Below, one piece after another: positions 1 through 10,780 of a DNA stretch of 64,000 nucleotides (the stretch's first letter is position 1; every line of letters starts with the position of its first letter). The stretch is from Paraphysomonas bandaiensis (lineage: Eukaryota > Protista > Chrysophyceae). Location: assembly GCA_965644295.1 (NCBI GenBank), contig CBFFRP010000207.1, forward strand, positions 1 through 64,000, given 5' to 3'. The notes below the pieces were generated by a model that was given only the letters and a program-made list of their open reading frames with translations, had not been told where the DNA came from and searched no databases. Made by a program: the position numbers and the translations under genes.

Positions 1-1
1 T

Positions 2-3000
2 GCGTATTGACGGCCAAAAATATCTCAATTTCAAAGTTTCAAGCATTCGTTGTGTTCCTGGATGCGTATATCCTTCATGGAAATACTTCATTAGTTGAAA
101 ACGTAACACCTGAGGGACCATAATTTGCCAATCTATTGATCCCTTGTTTTTCTGAACATGTTTTCTCAATAGTGTCTTGTGCGATGGTTCATCTGCATTC
201 TCATGTAACTTGTAAACATGACCATCCACTTCTAACTCATGGCCAGTTTCAAAATTTGATAACTGTGATATAATCAATCCAAGTTGAGTATCATTTTCTT
301 GGATCTGAAACATACTCTCTCTACTCGAAGGCCACTTAATCTCCGGATCTTCTTCCGGATGATCTAATAAATATTGATCTGATAACTCCCATAATCCAGA
401 TTCTCCACATACGGCGAATGGGTGAGTATCATATCTATCCAGTTTCCCTGACAAAGGCCTCCTATGACCAACCACTAACTTATGCGTTTCATCATAATGT
501 ATTGAAGCAATCTCATATTTTTGGAAATTATCGTCATCAATATATTTTCTGCCTACCAGATATTGCAATTCGTCAGCAAGTGATTGGCATTGTACTAGGT
601 TCTCATAAGAGTACTTCTCCAAAGCGTCGGTTTCTAGATATCGGAGAGTTCTCTCGAAATTCCTAGTATTTCGTTCCTCCAACTCAACAAGTTCCTGGAT
701 TCTGAAATTTTCTTCATCGCTGTACTTAAAGACTTTGGAATATAGTTTCTCCTGAACTTTCCGTTTTTGATCGTACACAATTAACTCAAATTCATCTTTA
801 AAAGACACGGTAGTCTTCCGTCGAGATCCATCTAAATTCAGAATTTGATTATCTTCTGGACTAAGTTGATCACTTCTAGTACTCCAAAATTCTTTACCAT
901 AGTCAAAAAATATTTCATCCCCAGGCAAGATCTCTCTAAGAGCCATCAAAACTCCTTTAGATTTTTTCCATATCAATTTCGCATTAATCAATTGTTTGGA
1001 TATCCCATCATTCGCATATCGACCTAAGCTTGAACCAGGTTCCCATCCATCAATAACAATCTTACGATGTGCTCCAGCAATCATCTGCATCCCATAATTG
1101 GAGCTTAATTGATCCACTCCTTCAGATACAACTGGACCCACATAATCACAAATCTCAACATTTGGACAGATCTGTTTGGTGGCAAAAAGTCCCCATCCTG
1201 CTCTTAGCTTTGTCGATGGAAGAATAGTACATTGATTGTAACCAGAAATTCGTCGTTCTCGAATTAACTTCATATCTTCTGACTCATCTGGATTATCCAT
1301 ATAGTTTGTTCGAGATGGATGAAAGCTAGTTCGGTTCGTGTGTGCAGTTGCATGTTGTATATTCTGTCCCGCATTGCTGAATTTCATCCTTGACTCACCA
1401 GTTTCCTGAACTTCCGTGATATTCAATTCTTTAAGTAGATTCTCGACTTGGCAACTATATTGTTCTACATCGATACAAAGCTGCTTCCTTCTTTTTAATG
1501 TAGAGCCAGCAACTTTAAATCTAACTGCAGAATTTTCTAATTCTGAACTTTCCCCTAATACTCCCCCTTCCTTGACATCAGGCAAAGAAGACAACAAATC
1601 CAAATCCAGCGCATCACAATTACAGATTTGAACCTCAAATTTGCTAGAGCAAGTATGAGTTTTCTTAATAGTTTGCGCCTCCACAACCGCTTGGCGTTTC
1701 AATTTACTCAACTGTCGTTTTGCAGCCCCCCATGATCGGATGAGGTCTGGATCCTCATTATCAACCACCGGCCCGAGATGATCTGAGAGCTCCTCCCTAG
1801 TAGCTGGCGGTACATCCCCTATTTGCCAAAGGCGACTTAACATATCAGCAACTACATTTTCCACCCCTTTTTTGTAATGTAAAGCAAAACGATATGATTG
1901 AAGATCCATGAGGTATCCCAGCAATCGTGGATTAAGTGTTGCAGTCACTGAATGGACCATATATTTCAGGCAATTGTGGTCAGAATGGACTTCAAATTTA
2001 CGACCACTACTCAGATAAATATGCCAATGGAGAATAACATCCCTGAGGGCCTTACATTCCAAATCCGTGGCCGAGTAATTTCGTTCAGCAGGAGTTAACT
2101 TACGACTGAAATATTCCACCGGATGGAGCTGCCCTGCGTCATCATGCTGCATGAGAACCCCACCGATACCACGCTTTGTCTTGGAAGCATCCAGGTGAAT
2201 GACAAACGGTTTAGAATTATCAATGTAACGAAGCACAGGAGCCTTCCGCAGCGCCTCTTTAAGCCTCTCCATGGCATGGCCGTGTATCTCTGGGCGCCAG
2301 AGTTTCTTCACGTTGACATTTTTCTTCGTCAAGTCATACAGAGGCAACGCAACGTCTGCGTATTGAGGAATATACTGACGATAGAATGAAGTACTTCCTA
2401 AAAAACATCGAACAGCCGTAACGTCCTCTGGGTCTGCAAGATTTGTAATCGCCTCAACCTTCTTCGGATCAGGGCATCGGCCGTTTCTGGACAGAATATG
2501 TCCAAGGAACCGCAGCTCCCGATAATTAATATGAGTCTTTTCAATTTTAAATGTAAGATGACGATTTCGAAGTCTATCGTATATGGACTGCTGTGTCAGG
2601 AAATGTGCACGAAAACCCCCAGTATGGTTAAGCACATCGTCCAGGTATGCAGAGACTTGAAACCGATCCATGTCTTCAAAAGTCTGGGCAATGACTCTAC
2701 TAAAGTGTGAAGGTGCATTGACCCAGCCTTGTAACATCACCGTATACTGTAAATGAGCGTTATGAGTGCGGAATGCCGTTTTAAATCGACTATCAGCGTC
2801 AAGCTCCACACAGAAAAATGCATCAGCAATATCGCCCGCTGAAAACCGGTCAGTTCCCACAGGAATGCTATCTAGCAAGTCATCAATCCTGGGAAGTGGA
2901 AAAATATCTACCTTAGTTTTCTGATTGAGCGATCGGACATCTGAACACATCCGAAAAAATGTGGCCACTTCAGGCCAGTTAACCTTTTTGAAGATTTCTA

Positions 3001-3598
3001 AATGTGCCGTGTCTCCCCATTTATCTAAAAATTTCTGAATACGGTCATGATAAGGAACCAGAACTAAACCATGGCTCCAATCACTGTTTGAGGGTTGAAG
3101 CTTTTTCTGACGAAGCATCATACCAGTTTTAGCCTCTAAAAATGCTTGTTGCAATAAAGAATATTTCCGAGGTCGCGCCCGAACCGGAACTTCATCAGTA
3201 GTTTCAATACTCACTTTATAATCCTTAATCCGTGGAGGGTTATCGGGATCAGGAAAACAGAAAACATCAATATTGGCCAAAGCTTGAGCCAAAAAATAAT
3301 CACGTTCATTATGATGTGAAGCTATAGTATCCGCGTCGATAGAAATCTCCCCTTGCAACGAGACTGCTTCATCATCCTTATATATATCCAGCTTAGTTAA
3401 AATCAGTTCAATACACTCTTGAAGACGGTCAGGAGTGTACTTGTCAAATCGTGGTTGAACTGAATTTCGCTGACACAAATCCACTAAATTCCATAATTCC
3501 ACAGGGAATGACTCCGGTCGTGGACAATCCGAAGTCGTATCGGCTATGTTAACAGGCGGTGGCTCCGGAGGTGGCCGATTCACCTCTTTGCCGTCTAC
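2..3598 (-). CDS. pol: pol polyprotein (RT, RNase H, SET domain, integrase N-terminal Zn-binding domain), open to the window edge
   Basis: Manual translation gives 1199 codons with no stop: FRMCSDVRSLN..FPLPRIDDLL, KTAFRT..MLQGWVNAPSHF, YLDD (2636-2647), FLGH; RNase H IHLDAS..NYSATDLE..SDH..ENVVADMLSR; SET 884-1231; integrase start VPQVLRFQLMKYFHEGYTHPGTQRMLETLKLRYFWPSIR (2-120). Confidence 0.95.
884..1231 (-). other. SET domain embedded in retrotransposon pol
   Basis: AGWGLFATKQI..EICDYVG ... IVIDG..SSLGRYANDG..INAKL ... LMALREILPGDEIFFDYGKEFW: all four canonical SET motifs in correct order and spacing. Confidence 0.93.
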
Positions 3599-6500
3599 TC
3601 ATTTCGATGAGGACACCAGCCTAGTGACATTTTCGTGATTCTCTTCAGATAACATAGAAACATCTGAATGCTGGAATTTGTCATCAGTAGGCATGATAGT
3701 GGTATCCTCCGTCTCGACACTGCCATTCATAGCAGTTTCCACCGTCTCCTGATTATGAACCTGCATCCCCAATAATATGGGTTGAAGTCGTACAACTAAA
3801 CGCGGTCTACCCGGTAGATGTATCCAATCATCGGTATGATTAGAAGCCCATATATAAGGTCTGTTCGCCGTACAAATAGCATCTTCAAATTGTAAGACGG
3901 GCTCATTAGCATCATCACCTGAATTAATCCTTGCAACCTCTGGCAGAGTCTGTATCCATCCACCTAACGGAGCACCCTTGCCCACTTGAACAGGAATCCG
4001 CATCTTAGAATGCGGTGGGATATGTTTCGATATGCAGACTGCAGCCTTGTGAGGTTGAGGTTTGTTTTCACGGAGATGGCGTGCAACACATTTCTGTACC
4101 ACAGGGTCCTGAGCTGATGCCATTTGCGTAACAGTCTCATTCCAGTTGAATTGAGGCATTGCATACTGAATACCATTAGTTTGGAACAACAGCAGTTTAT
4201 GATCAAACAAGTCAATCATTTTGATACGTCGTAATGCATGCCCTCCAAAGATTACATTCATGGAACAATTCGGGATAATTGGTATCCATGCTTTCAACTG
4301 AACTTGTTCCCTTGCATTGTTCAAAAGTGGTGCCTCTCCCGGCAACACTGCCACAGGTAAGACCCGTTGTGCAGTAACAGTGTAGGTAAGACAAGCTCTC
4401 CAACTCACAGCGATATCCTGTGAACCTATTCCCCGAATAATGTACCGGTCTCTCTTTGGGATTCGTACTCGCTTAAGATTCAAGAGGGCTGCACACTCTT
4501 CGTCGATCAAGGACTCCATAGAGCCATGATCCACCTGGTGCCAACCGACTCTCTGTACTGGTTTACCAGTTTCATCAACTGTATCATATAGAACACGAAA
4601 CATGGATAATGTATCTTGAGATTCATCCCTAGGTGTCACAGTGTGCACTAAGTATCGAACTTTTTGTGCAGCATGAACCTTTCGTTTGGGTTTTGATTTT
4701 GACTTAGTAGATCGTGAACCGGAAAGTGAGTCTGTACTGTGAGCAGGTATAGAGTCATCCAGTGTAGAGAAAGAAGAGTCATCATCACTATCCGCCCAAT
4801 GTACTTGTGGTGTACTAGAAACACTTGATGCTATGGAATTAGATTTCTTCCGTTCGCCACCAATGAAAGTCGTATGCAAAGCACTCCCTCCATCCCACCG
4901 GCTAGTCAAATCCCGAAATGCTGCCTGAAATTCCTCCTTCTGAGCCGTAGGCAACTGAGACCAAGGTTGGCTATACTTATTCAATCTGGACAACCAAAAA
5001 TTGTATATTCGATTCCTTTCAATGTTACGTGGTGTCTCAGACACAAATCCAAGTGGGTCAAATTTCCCATTCGTGATGCGTCGGCATTGAGCGTTGTTAA
5101 TACTATGTCGAAGGCCACATCGTGAACATGTAAGCCTCGCAATCTCAATCGGTGTGAGAGATTGTTTGGGTTCCTCGCGTATGCCGGCATGAACTTTGTG
5201 ATGTCGTCGTAAGCCACCCTCACCCTTAGTTGTGTCTGGTTGTTTACTAGATTGGACATCAGGACGTATAATGTATAGCAGCGTTCCCTGCTGGAATTCT
5301 TCCTGAATCTCTCGCCAGATTGATTCTACCTCCTCCCATGATAGACTCCAATTTTCAGTCGACTTCGCCCTTTCAATTTTTGTGATCTTATTGTCGTACG
5401 CTGCAACCAACGATTTACCCCAAACAGGCTCTTTTCCTACCACTCGGCGCATAGATTCTTCCATCACCTGTGCCGTCTGGCGATCCGGCGTATTATGTTC
5501 AACTACCTCTTTTAGTTCATAATATAGTTGCATAACTGCTGTAGGCGTAGCGAGATCAGGAGCAGCCCAGTCCTCAATCTGTTTGGCACGCTGTTCATTG
5601 GTCTGTACGGGACAATAATTACGGATAGCCCAATGGCAGAAATGCACCCAACGACGCATCCAAAATTCATATTCAGTGGCTAATTGGCTATCCTCCTGGT
5701 CATCCCATATCTCTGGCACACGATTCAAAGACAACCGTTGCAGTTCCTCTTTAAAGCCGCCCTTAAAACACCAACCATTCTTTGTCTGTATGACCAAATC
5801 TTTCAGCCCCATCTTGGCCTGACGTGCCTTCTGGACAGCAAAACGGAGTCCTCGTTCAATGGGGTATCGATTAGAATGATCTTTCTCTAGACGCATCTTG
5901 TCATCAGTCTTCATGTAGAGAGTAGGCTCCTTGACTTCTCTTCTCCATGGAGTAGCTTTGGGCAATGCTTTAGACATTAACCGCATGGCTCTAGACGATC
6001 GCATTTGGTTACAGAGCAGTGACCAGTGTTGCTCTCCAATTTGTTGAAGGTGACACCCGAATGCTTGTGCGTCTAGCAGTCTGCCATCTTCAGTTGGATA
6101 AATACGGGAATTCGATCTTGAACCCCTAGAACTCAACACTCGGGATGTACTTGATCTGGTATCCGCTGACCGACTTCCTCTGCTGACAAAGGAACCCCGA
6201 CTACCATTGCTGACGAAGGAGTGGTATGACTCATCGTCAGAGTCAACGGTCCTCTCTTCCCAAGATCCAAATTTTTTATTTTGCTGACTGAGTTGTTTGC
6301 TGAGGAGATTGCAGCGCATCATTAGTTGGCTATCGGCCTCCTCCCACATAGTTTCAGCCATGTCTCTTATATCAAGGTATTGGTTCAGCACCATACACAA
6401 TTCCGCTGTTTCGTAAATGTGCTCTTCAGCCACTAACTCATGTACATTGTCAAGAACTGTCAGCCTACTTAACCACTCGCGAACATTTGATGGTAATTGC

Positions 6501-7669
6501 AAGCCGTTTCCTCGATTTAAGACTAGTTGGGCAAGCTGAGAAATATCTTCCGCAGAACTCTCTCTTGCTATTTTCATTTGCTCAAAAAAGTGGTCCTTTA
6601 AACGATCAGTGACCTCAGTAGCTGTACAAGCCATGTAAATCTGCTGCTCCCAATGCTGCAGTGGCTCTGCTATATGAGCGGTGTATCGCTGTCTTGACCA
6701 TCTGGTGGTATGTACCCTCCGTCGATCTGCGTACTGTTGCAGGATGTTAAGAGAAATCTTTAGGTCCATAGGGTCTCTAGCCCCACGATCCAGGTACAAA
6801 TGCTCCATATATGTGTCCTCGTTTAGGTCTGGCCGAGGACGCAATCTTCTATGGCCCAATATTATGCACTTCTCTAATGTGTCTGTGGTGGGTCTCTTTG
6901 ATCTGAGTATCCCCCTTCTTACTCGGCATCGATAACATAGACCACCCTGAATTTCCATTGAATTCACCTGGTCCTTACAATCAATACATTGATTTTCCGA
7001 GCAATAATAACATATTCCTCCAGCGGTGAGACGCTTGGGATCTGTGAGTCGCTGACAGATTTGACACCTATCTGCATCTCTACCTAGTTGGTCTGGTCTG
7101 CTGGTGTTATATACACCTTGCAATCCAGAGGTGGAATGTAGCACATTGTGTGCTTCATCCCCTGCGTGAGGTAAGGGTGTATAATGACACTCCTTTGCCT
7201 CAGCCTCCTTGTTACTTTGTTCCTTGAATGGCAAGGGGTCCATATGTAATGGACTATCTCCTGTCGCATCTGCATCAAACGAACAAAAATCATCCTGAGC
7301 CCTCAATGGTTGAATAGCGTCCTTACCGAATGCGAGAGGTTTTCGGGCTGACAAGGGTACCTCCTCCGGACTACTAAGACGATCCACCAGTTCTGGAACA
7401 GTCGTTGCTTGACTGTCTGCTTCATGAGTTTCTGTCTCTCTAAAGTCGTCACTTTGTTTATTGAGAGATGAAATTTCCTTAAAAAATTGAGACACCAACG
7501 TCTCTGATTCGATCTCAGACAACCCAAATGCCAAGCCTATATCCCGGATTTGATCCTCACTGGCATTGGCAATGGAAGGGTCTAACCCTCCAAGCATAAG
7601 CCTGAGGGTCCTTCTCACTGACTCGAATTTAGTAGACTCTTGTGCGCTATCAAGAGTCTCCTCCTCCAT
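3599..7669 (-). CDS. gag: gag-protease ORF (1356 aa) of the Gypsy element
   Basis: CCHC-like knuckle CSRCGLRHSINNAQC (5084-5128), retropepsin-like region VDHGSMESLID...NVIFGGHAL (~4230-4540), N-terminal Cys8 cluster (6926-7066); directly upstream of and in frame with RT. Confidence 0.88.
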   Translation of the reverse strand: MEEETLDSAQESTKFESVRRTLRLMLGGLDPSIANASEDQIRDIGLAFGLSEIESETLVSQFFKEISSLNKQSDDFRETETHEADSQATTVPELVDRLSSPEEVPLSARKPLAFGKDAIQPLRAQDDFCSFDADATGDSPLHMDPLPFKEQSNKEAEAKECHYTPLPHAGDEAHNVLHSTSGLQGVYNTSRPDQLGRDADRCQICQRLTDPKRLTAGGICYYCSENQCIDCKDQVNSMEIQGGLCYRCRVRRGILRSKRPTTDTLEKCIILGHRRLRPRPDLNEDTYMEHLYLDRGARDPMDLKISLNILQQYADRRRVHTTRWSRQRYTAHIAEPLQHWEQQIYMACTATEVTDRLKDHFFEQMKIARESSAEDISQLAQLVLNRGNGLQLPSNVREWLSRLTVLDNVHELVAEEHIYETAELCMVLNQYLDIRDMAETMWEEADSQLMMRCNLLSKQLSQQNKKFGSWEERTVDSDDESYHSFVSNGSRGSFVSRGSRSADTRSSTSRVLSSRGSRSNSRIYPTEDGRLLDAQAFGCHLQQIGEQHWSLLCNQMRSSRAMRLMSKALPKATPWRREVKEPTLYMKTDDKMRLEKDHSNRYPIERGLRFAVQKARQAKMGLKDLVIQTKNGWCFKGGFKEELQRLSLNRVPEIWDDQEDSQLATEYEFWMRRWVHFCHWAIRNYCPVQTNEQRAKQIEDWAAPDLATPTAVMQLYYELKEVVEHNTPDRQTAQVMEESMRRVVGKEPVWGKSLVAAYDNKITKIERAKSTENWSLSWEEVESIWREIQEEFQQGTLLYIIRPDVQSSKQPDTTKGEGGLRRHHKVHAGIREEPKQSLTPIEIARLTCSRCGLRHSINNAQCRRITNGKFDPLGFVSETPRNIERNRIYNFWLSRLNKYSQPWSQLPTAQKEEFQAAFRDLTSRWDGGSALHTTFIGGERKKSNSIASSVSSTPQVHWADSDDDSSFSTLDDSIPAHSTDSLSGSRSTKSKSKPKRKVHAAQKVRYLVHTVTPRDESQDTLSMFRVLYDTVDETGKPVQRVGWHQVDHGSMESLIDEECAALLNLKRVRIPKRDRYIIRGIGSQDIAVSWRACLTYTVTAQRVLPVAVLPGEAPLLNNAREQVQLKAWIPIIPNCSMNVIFGGHALRRIKMIDLFDHKLLLFQTNGIQYAMPQFNWNETVTQMASAQDPVVQKCVARHLRENKPQPHKAAVCISKHIPPHSKMRIPVQVGKGAPLGGWIQTLPEVARINSGDDANEPVLQFEDAICTANRPYIWASNHTDDWIHLPGRPRLVVRLQPILLGMQVHNQETVETAMNGSVETEDTTIMPTDDKFQHSDVSMLSEENHENVTRLVSSSK

Positions 7670-9114
7670 AATAATAGCAATATAATCAAATCACAATGAA
7701 CAAATATATGTCTACAACTACAATGCTATCTACCAGCAATTTCAAGAGTAAGGAAATTGCATCTTATTATCAATAATATAAATATGTCTACCTACGATTC
7801 CGTGATCAATGGAATGAACATCATTCATATTCAATACCAAACACATCAGTCTAACACAGTTGATCATAATAACTCATCACAACTGTATAAGGGAAGATAC
7901 ATTCAGTATTCTCTTTGTAGTTGAAGCCTGGTATTCGTACTCCTTAGTACAATCAATCCCCAATAAGCACTGAAGGAAATACGTAATGTATAACTGTATT
8001 ACTGGATAATCTGGCAATACACATCTATCAGCGTGGATATCAAACCCGGAATTCTCCAGTAAACTTCTCCAGCCTTAAAGTCAATATATATATATAATAA
8101 GAACTTATATATATATCATCCATCATCAGTATCATCATTATGTCTCATTATTGATAATCATGTCTTTCTTTGTCTTTTGAATGATTATGTAAATGTCAAT
8201 GATAAGCATGAATTGTCATAGTCATAATACATCATATATCTCAGTGTGAATTATGGTAATAATAATAATATTCAAGCTATGTTTGCACAGATAGTATGTA
8301 CAAACTTAAGCATATACAATAGAGAGCTTGTAGAATAGAATAACTTGATAGCTGGTTATTACACGAAAACATACGGTACTGTACTGTGTAAAGCTATTAA
8401 TTTATGCTTTTAGTTAGTGCAATATTGACTGATTGATATTATAGGAGATATAGTAAGTAAGTTTATGATGTTGTAGCACTGTGAGTTAGGAACCACGTCA
8501 TTCACCAACATCAACATTCTGTTCTACAAATCATATCTTTAACAGCTACTATATTTTCAGTTTCTTTGTATACTTGTAATAGCTACTCCTATACTGTAGT
8601 CATGTATATTCTGTATTTCATTGCTACATAGAATACAGGATAACTAGTAGCGATTGGCTTTACCAAACTTCAAGTACGCACGTAGGAGTTGGTTGTAGTT
8701 CAATAAAAGCATTAGTACAAGCTGGTAGAAACATGCAGATGTAAACTCTTTTGATTACATCGATGCAATAATTTTCCCTTTCTTTTAACAAGAACACAAA
8801 TCAGCACAGTGGATGATGGCATCTGAAAAGATACGCAACTGCAATAGTTGCATAGTAAAAACGTAAAAACCATGTATATATACGAATACGACACCTCAAG
8901 CGCAATAAAAATACAATTTAACGTTATATTTATTAATTGCTTACTACGAGCTAGAATTGATTACCAAGATATTACATTGATCGTTTTTTCGATATCAACA
9001 TTGCTGACACGGAATTGCGACAAAATGCAGCAGGCATTTGAAAGCAACTGTAAAGATAAAGATGACCGTATATTCTATAAACTTTCTTTCAGTTGTCATA
9101 TTACTTGCCACATT

Positions 9115-10490
9115 TTAGTTATTCGGATCAGTTCCATCGCGAGGGTTAGGCAACAGTCCAGCAGCGATAGCCCTCTCTTTGAATTTCGCGATGAGCTCAC
9201 GGGCATTCGGAATATCAATGCACAGCTCAGAAGCATACTCATCGGTACTCTTAAATCCCAGTATGCACTGGTCCTTGGACATAATATCCGCTGACACCAA
9301 GTGGGCGAAGAGAACAGACATGGCCTCCTGTTTATCAGCGCTCTGGTCAAGGGACAGAGAGATGCCGCGCTTGATGATTTCATGATGAAAGTAAGCAGAA
9401 TTGAGTTCTTGAATGCATCTGACGAAATACAAAGAATATCATATGGTATATTGATAGCGTGAAATCGATAGTATTACCTGGATGCTTCAGTAATATCACC
9501 AGCAAGAATATACTCTCTGAGAAGGAGATCCACAGCCACCTACACACCAGAGACTATTAAAAAAGTAGTATTTCCCAGAAACGCTTGATACCTTCAAGTC
9601 TTGAACGGGACGTCCATCGCCCGGGCCCCATGCGCGCTCAAGCAGGGTGCTTCCATGCTCGCGAGAAAGCATGCGCTTAGCGTGTTCGACAACATCACCG
9701 CCGAGGTTGCGAACAACAACGTCGGATAGGAAAGAAGGCGGGATAACTTCATCCACTACGGCGCGCGCAATGAAGGTCGCAATTCTGTCCCGCGCACTGG
9801 GAACATCTTTTTCCAACTCACTTACAAGCTCCAGTAGTCGTTCAAATCCTTTGCCAATCATGTTCGTTGAGAGAATATCGGGATAACTAGTAGACAACAA
9901 TTGGGATACCAGCTCGCGTTCTCTGTCGGATCGATCCAATGCCATACTTACTGCGCGTTTCACAAGTTCATATGAAAACTCCGGGCATTCTAATTCAAGA
10001 ACTAGTCTCTGAATTTCATCTATATCCCCACTCTCGAAATATTCCTAACGATGCATCGTCATTGTAGCAAGCGATGGAAAAAACAAAATACCTCGATTGC
10101 CGATTCAACTTTCTTTTTGTACTCAGGTAATGGCATAGCGGCCAAAGTCACAGCTTTGCGCAATTCAGGATCATAATTGCACCTCACTGGAGATGTCCCA
10201 GGCACATACTCCCTCCCAGTGTCCTCCTAACACACAACTAAGATAACCCATACGACTTCTGCATTACAAACCTCGCTGTCGTAATTCGGATCATTCTCAT
10301 CTAACGCACATGGATCCTGATAGAGACTCCCATCATCGATTAGTTTAGATTTGTTTGATTTTGAACTGCCTCCACTGCCAGTTCTCTTGCGCACAATGTT
10401 TCGCTTTGAAGATCCCTCCGGGCCCGTTCTAGTCTCAGGGATAACAGGGCGGCGAGGTCCAGCGGAACTGTTGTTTGCAAATGAAGACAT
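9115..10490 (-). CDS. PDCD4: MA3-domain protein, PDCD4-like (multi-exon)
   Basis: LDENDPNYDSE motif, VKRAVSMALDRSDRERELVSQLLS, FIARAVVDEVIPPSFL, FHHEIIKRGI; GT-AG introns (e.g. 10227-10271). Confidence 0.88.
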
Positions 10491-10560
10491 GTCGTAGTTT
10501 GTACTTATGTTATTGTAAATATTCGAAGTAAGAATCCAGAAATCTAAACTTGTATGCAGT

Positions 10561-10780
10561 GGGTGACTACCTAAATTGCACAAACACATAAATGCATAAA
10601 AAATAGGCTGCATAAACTCATGAATTTATGCAGATTTATGTTTTTTTAGGAGACCCCTCCGGACCCCTCGTGCAAACTATCCTATATGCATAAACATATG
10701 CAGAAACTGGGTCTGAATAGATTTCTATAATCCCAGATTTTTTATGCATTTATGTATTTATGCAATTTAGGTAGTCACCC
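10561..10780. mobile_element. 220-bp MITE with 44-bp terminal inverted repeats
   Basis: GGGTGACTACCTAAATTGCA(C/T)AAA(C/T)ACATAAATGCATAAAAAAT at both ends in inverted orientation (2 mismatches); AGT directly flanks both ends (candidate 3-bp TSD). Confidence 0.85.

Larger units (their letters stand above)
1..7669 (-). mobile_element. Ty3/Gypsy-type LTR retrotransposon, internal coding region (3' part outside window; LTRs not delimited)
   Basis: Domain order gag-PR-RT-RNaseH-INT on the minus strand is the Gypsy order; both reading frames are uninterrupted apart from one TGA at 3599-3601. Confidence 0.95.

Noticed and set aside
418-2710. Short ORFs in the track overlapping pol
   Set aside because: Antisense or off-frame shadows of the long pol frame.
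3599-3601. UGA reassignment (alternative genetic code) or selenocysteine as explanation of the gag-pol stop
   Set aside because: Intact host genes here contain no in-frame UGA, at least one (the subtilisin) ends in TGA, and the position is a linker rather than a redox motif.
7670-8900. 5' LTR and primer-binding site of the Gypsy element; candidate PBS TGGTGAATGACGTGG (minus strand, ~8493-8507), loosely tRNA-Trp-like
   Set aside because: No adjacent CA LTR end, imperfect tRNA match, and the partner LTR is outside the window, so boundaries cannot be supported.
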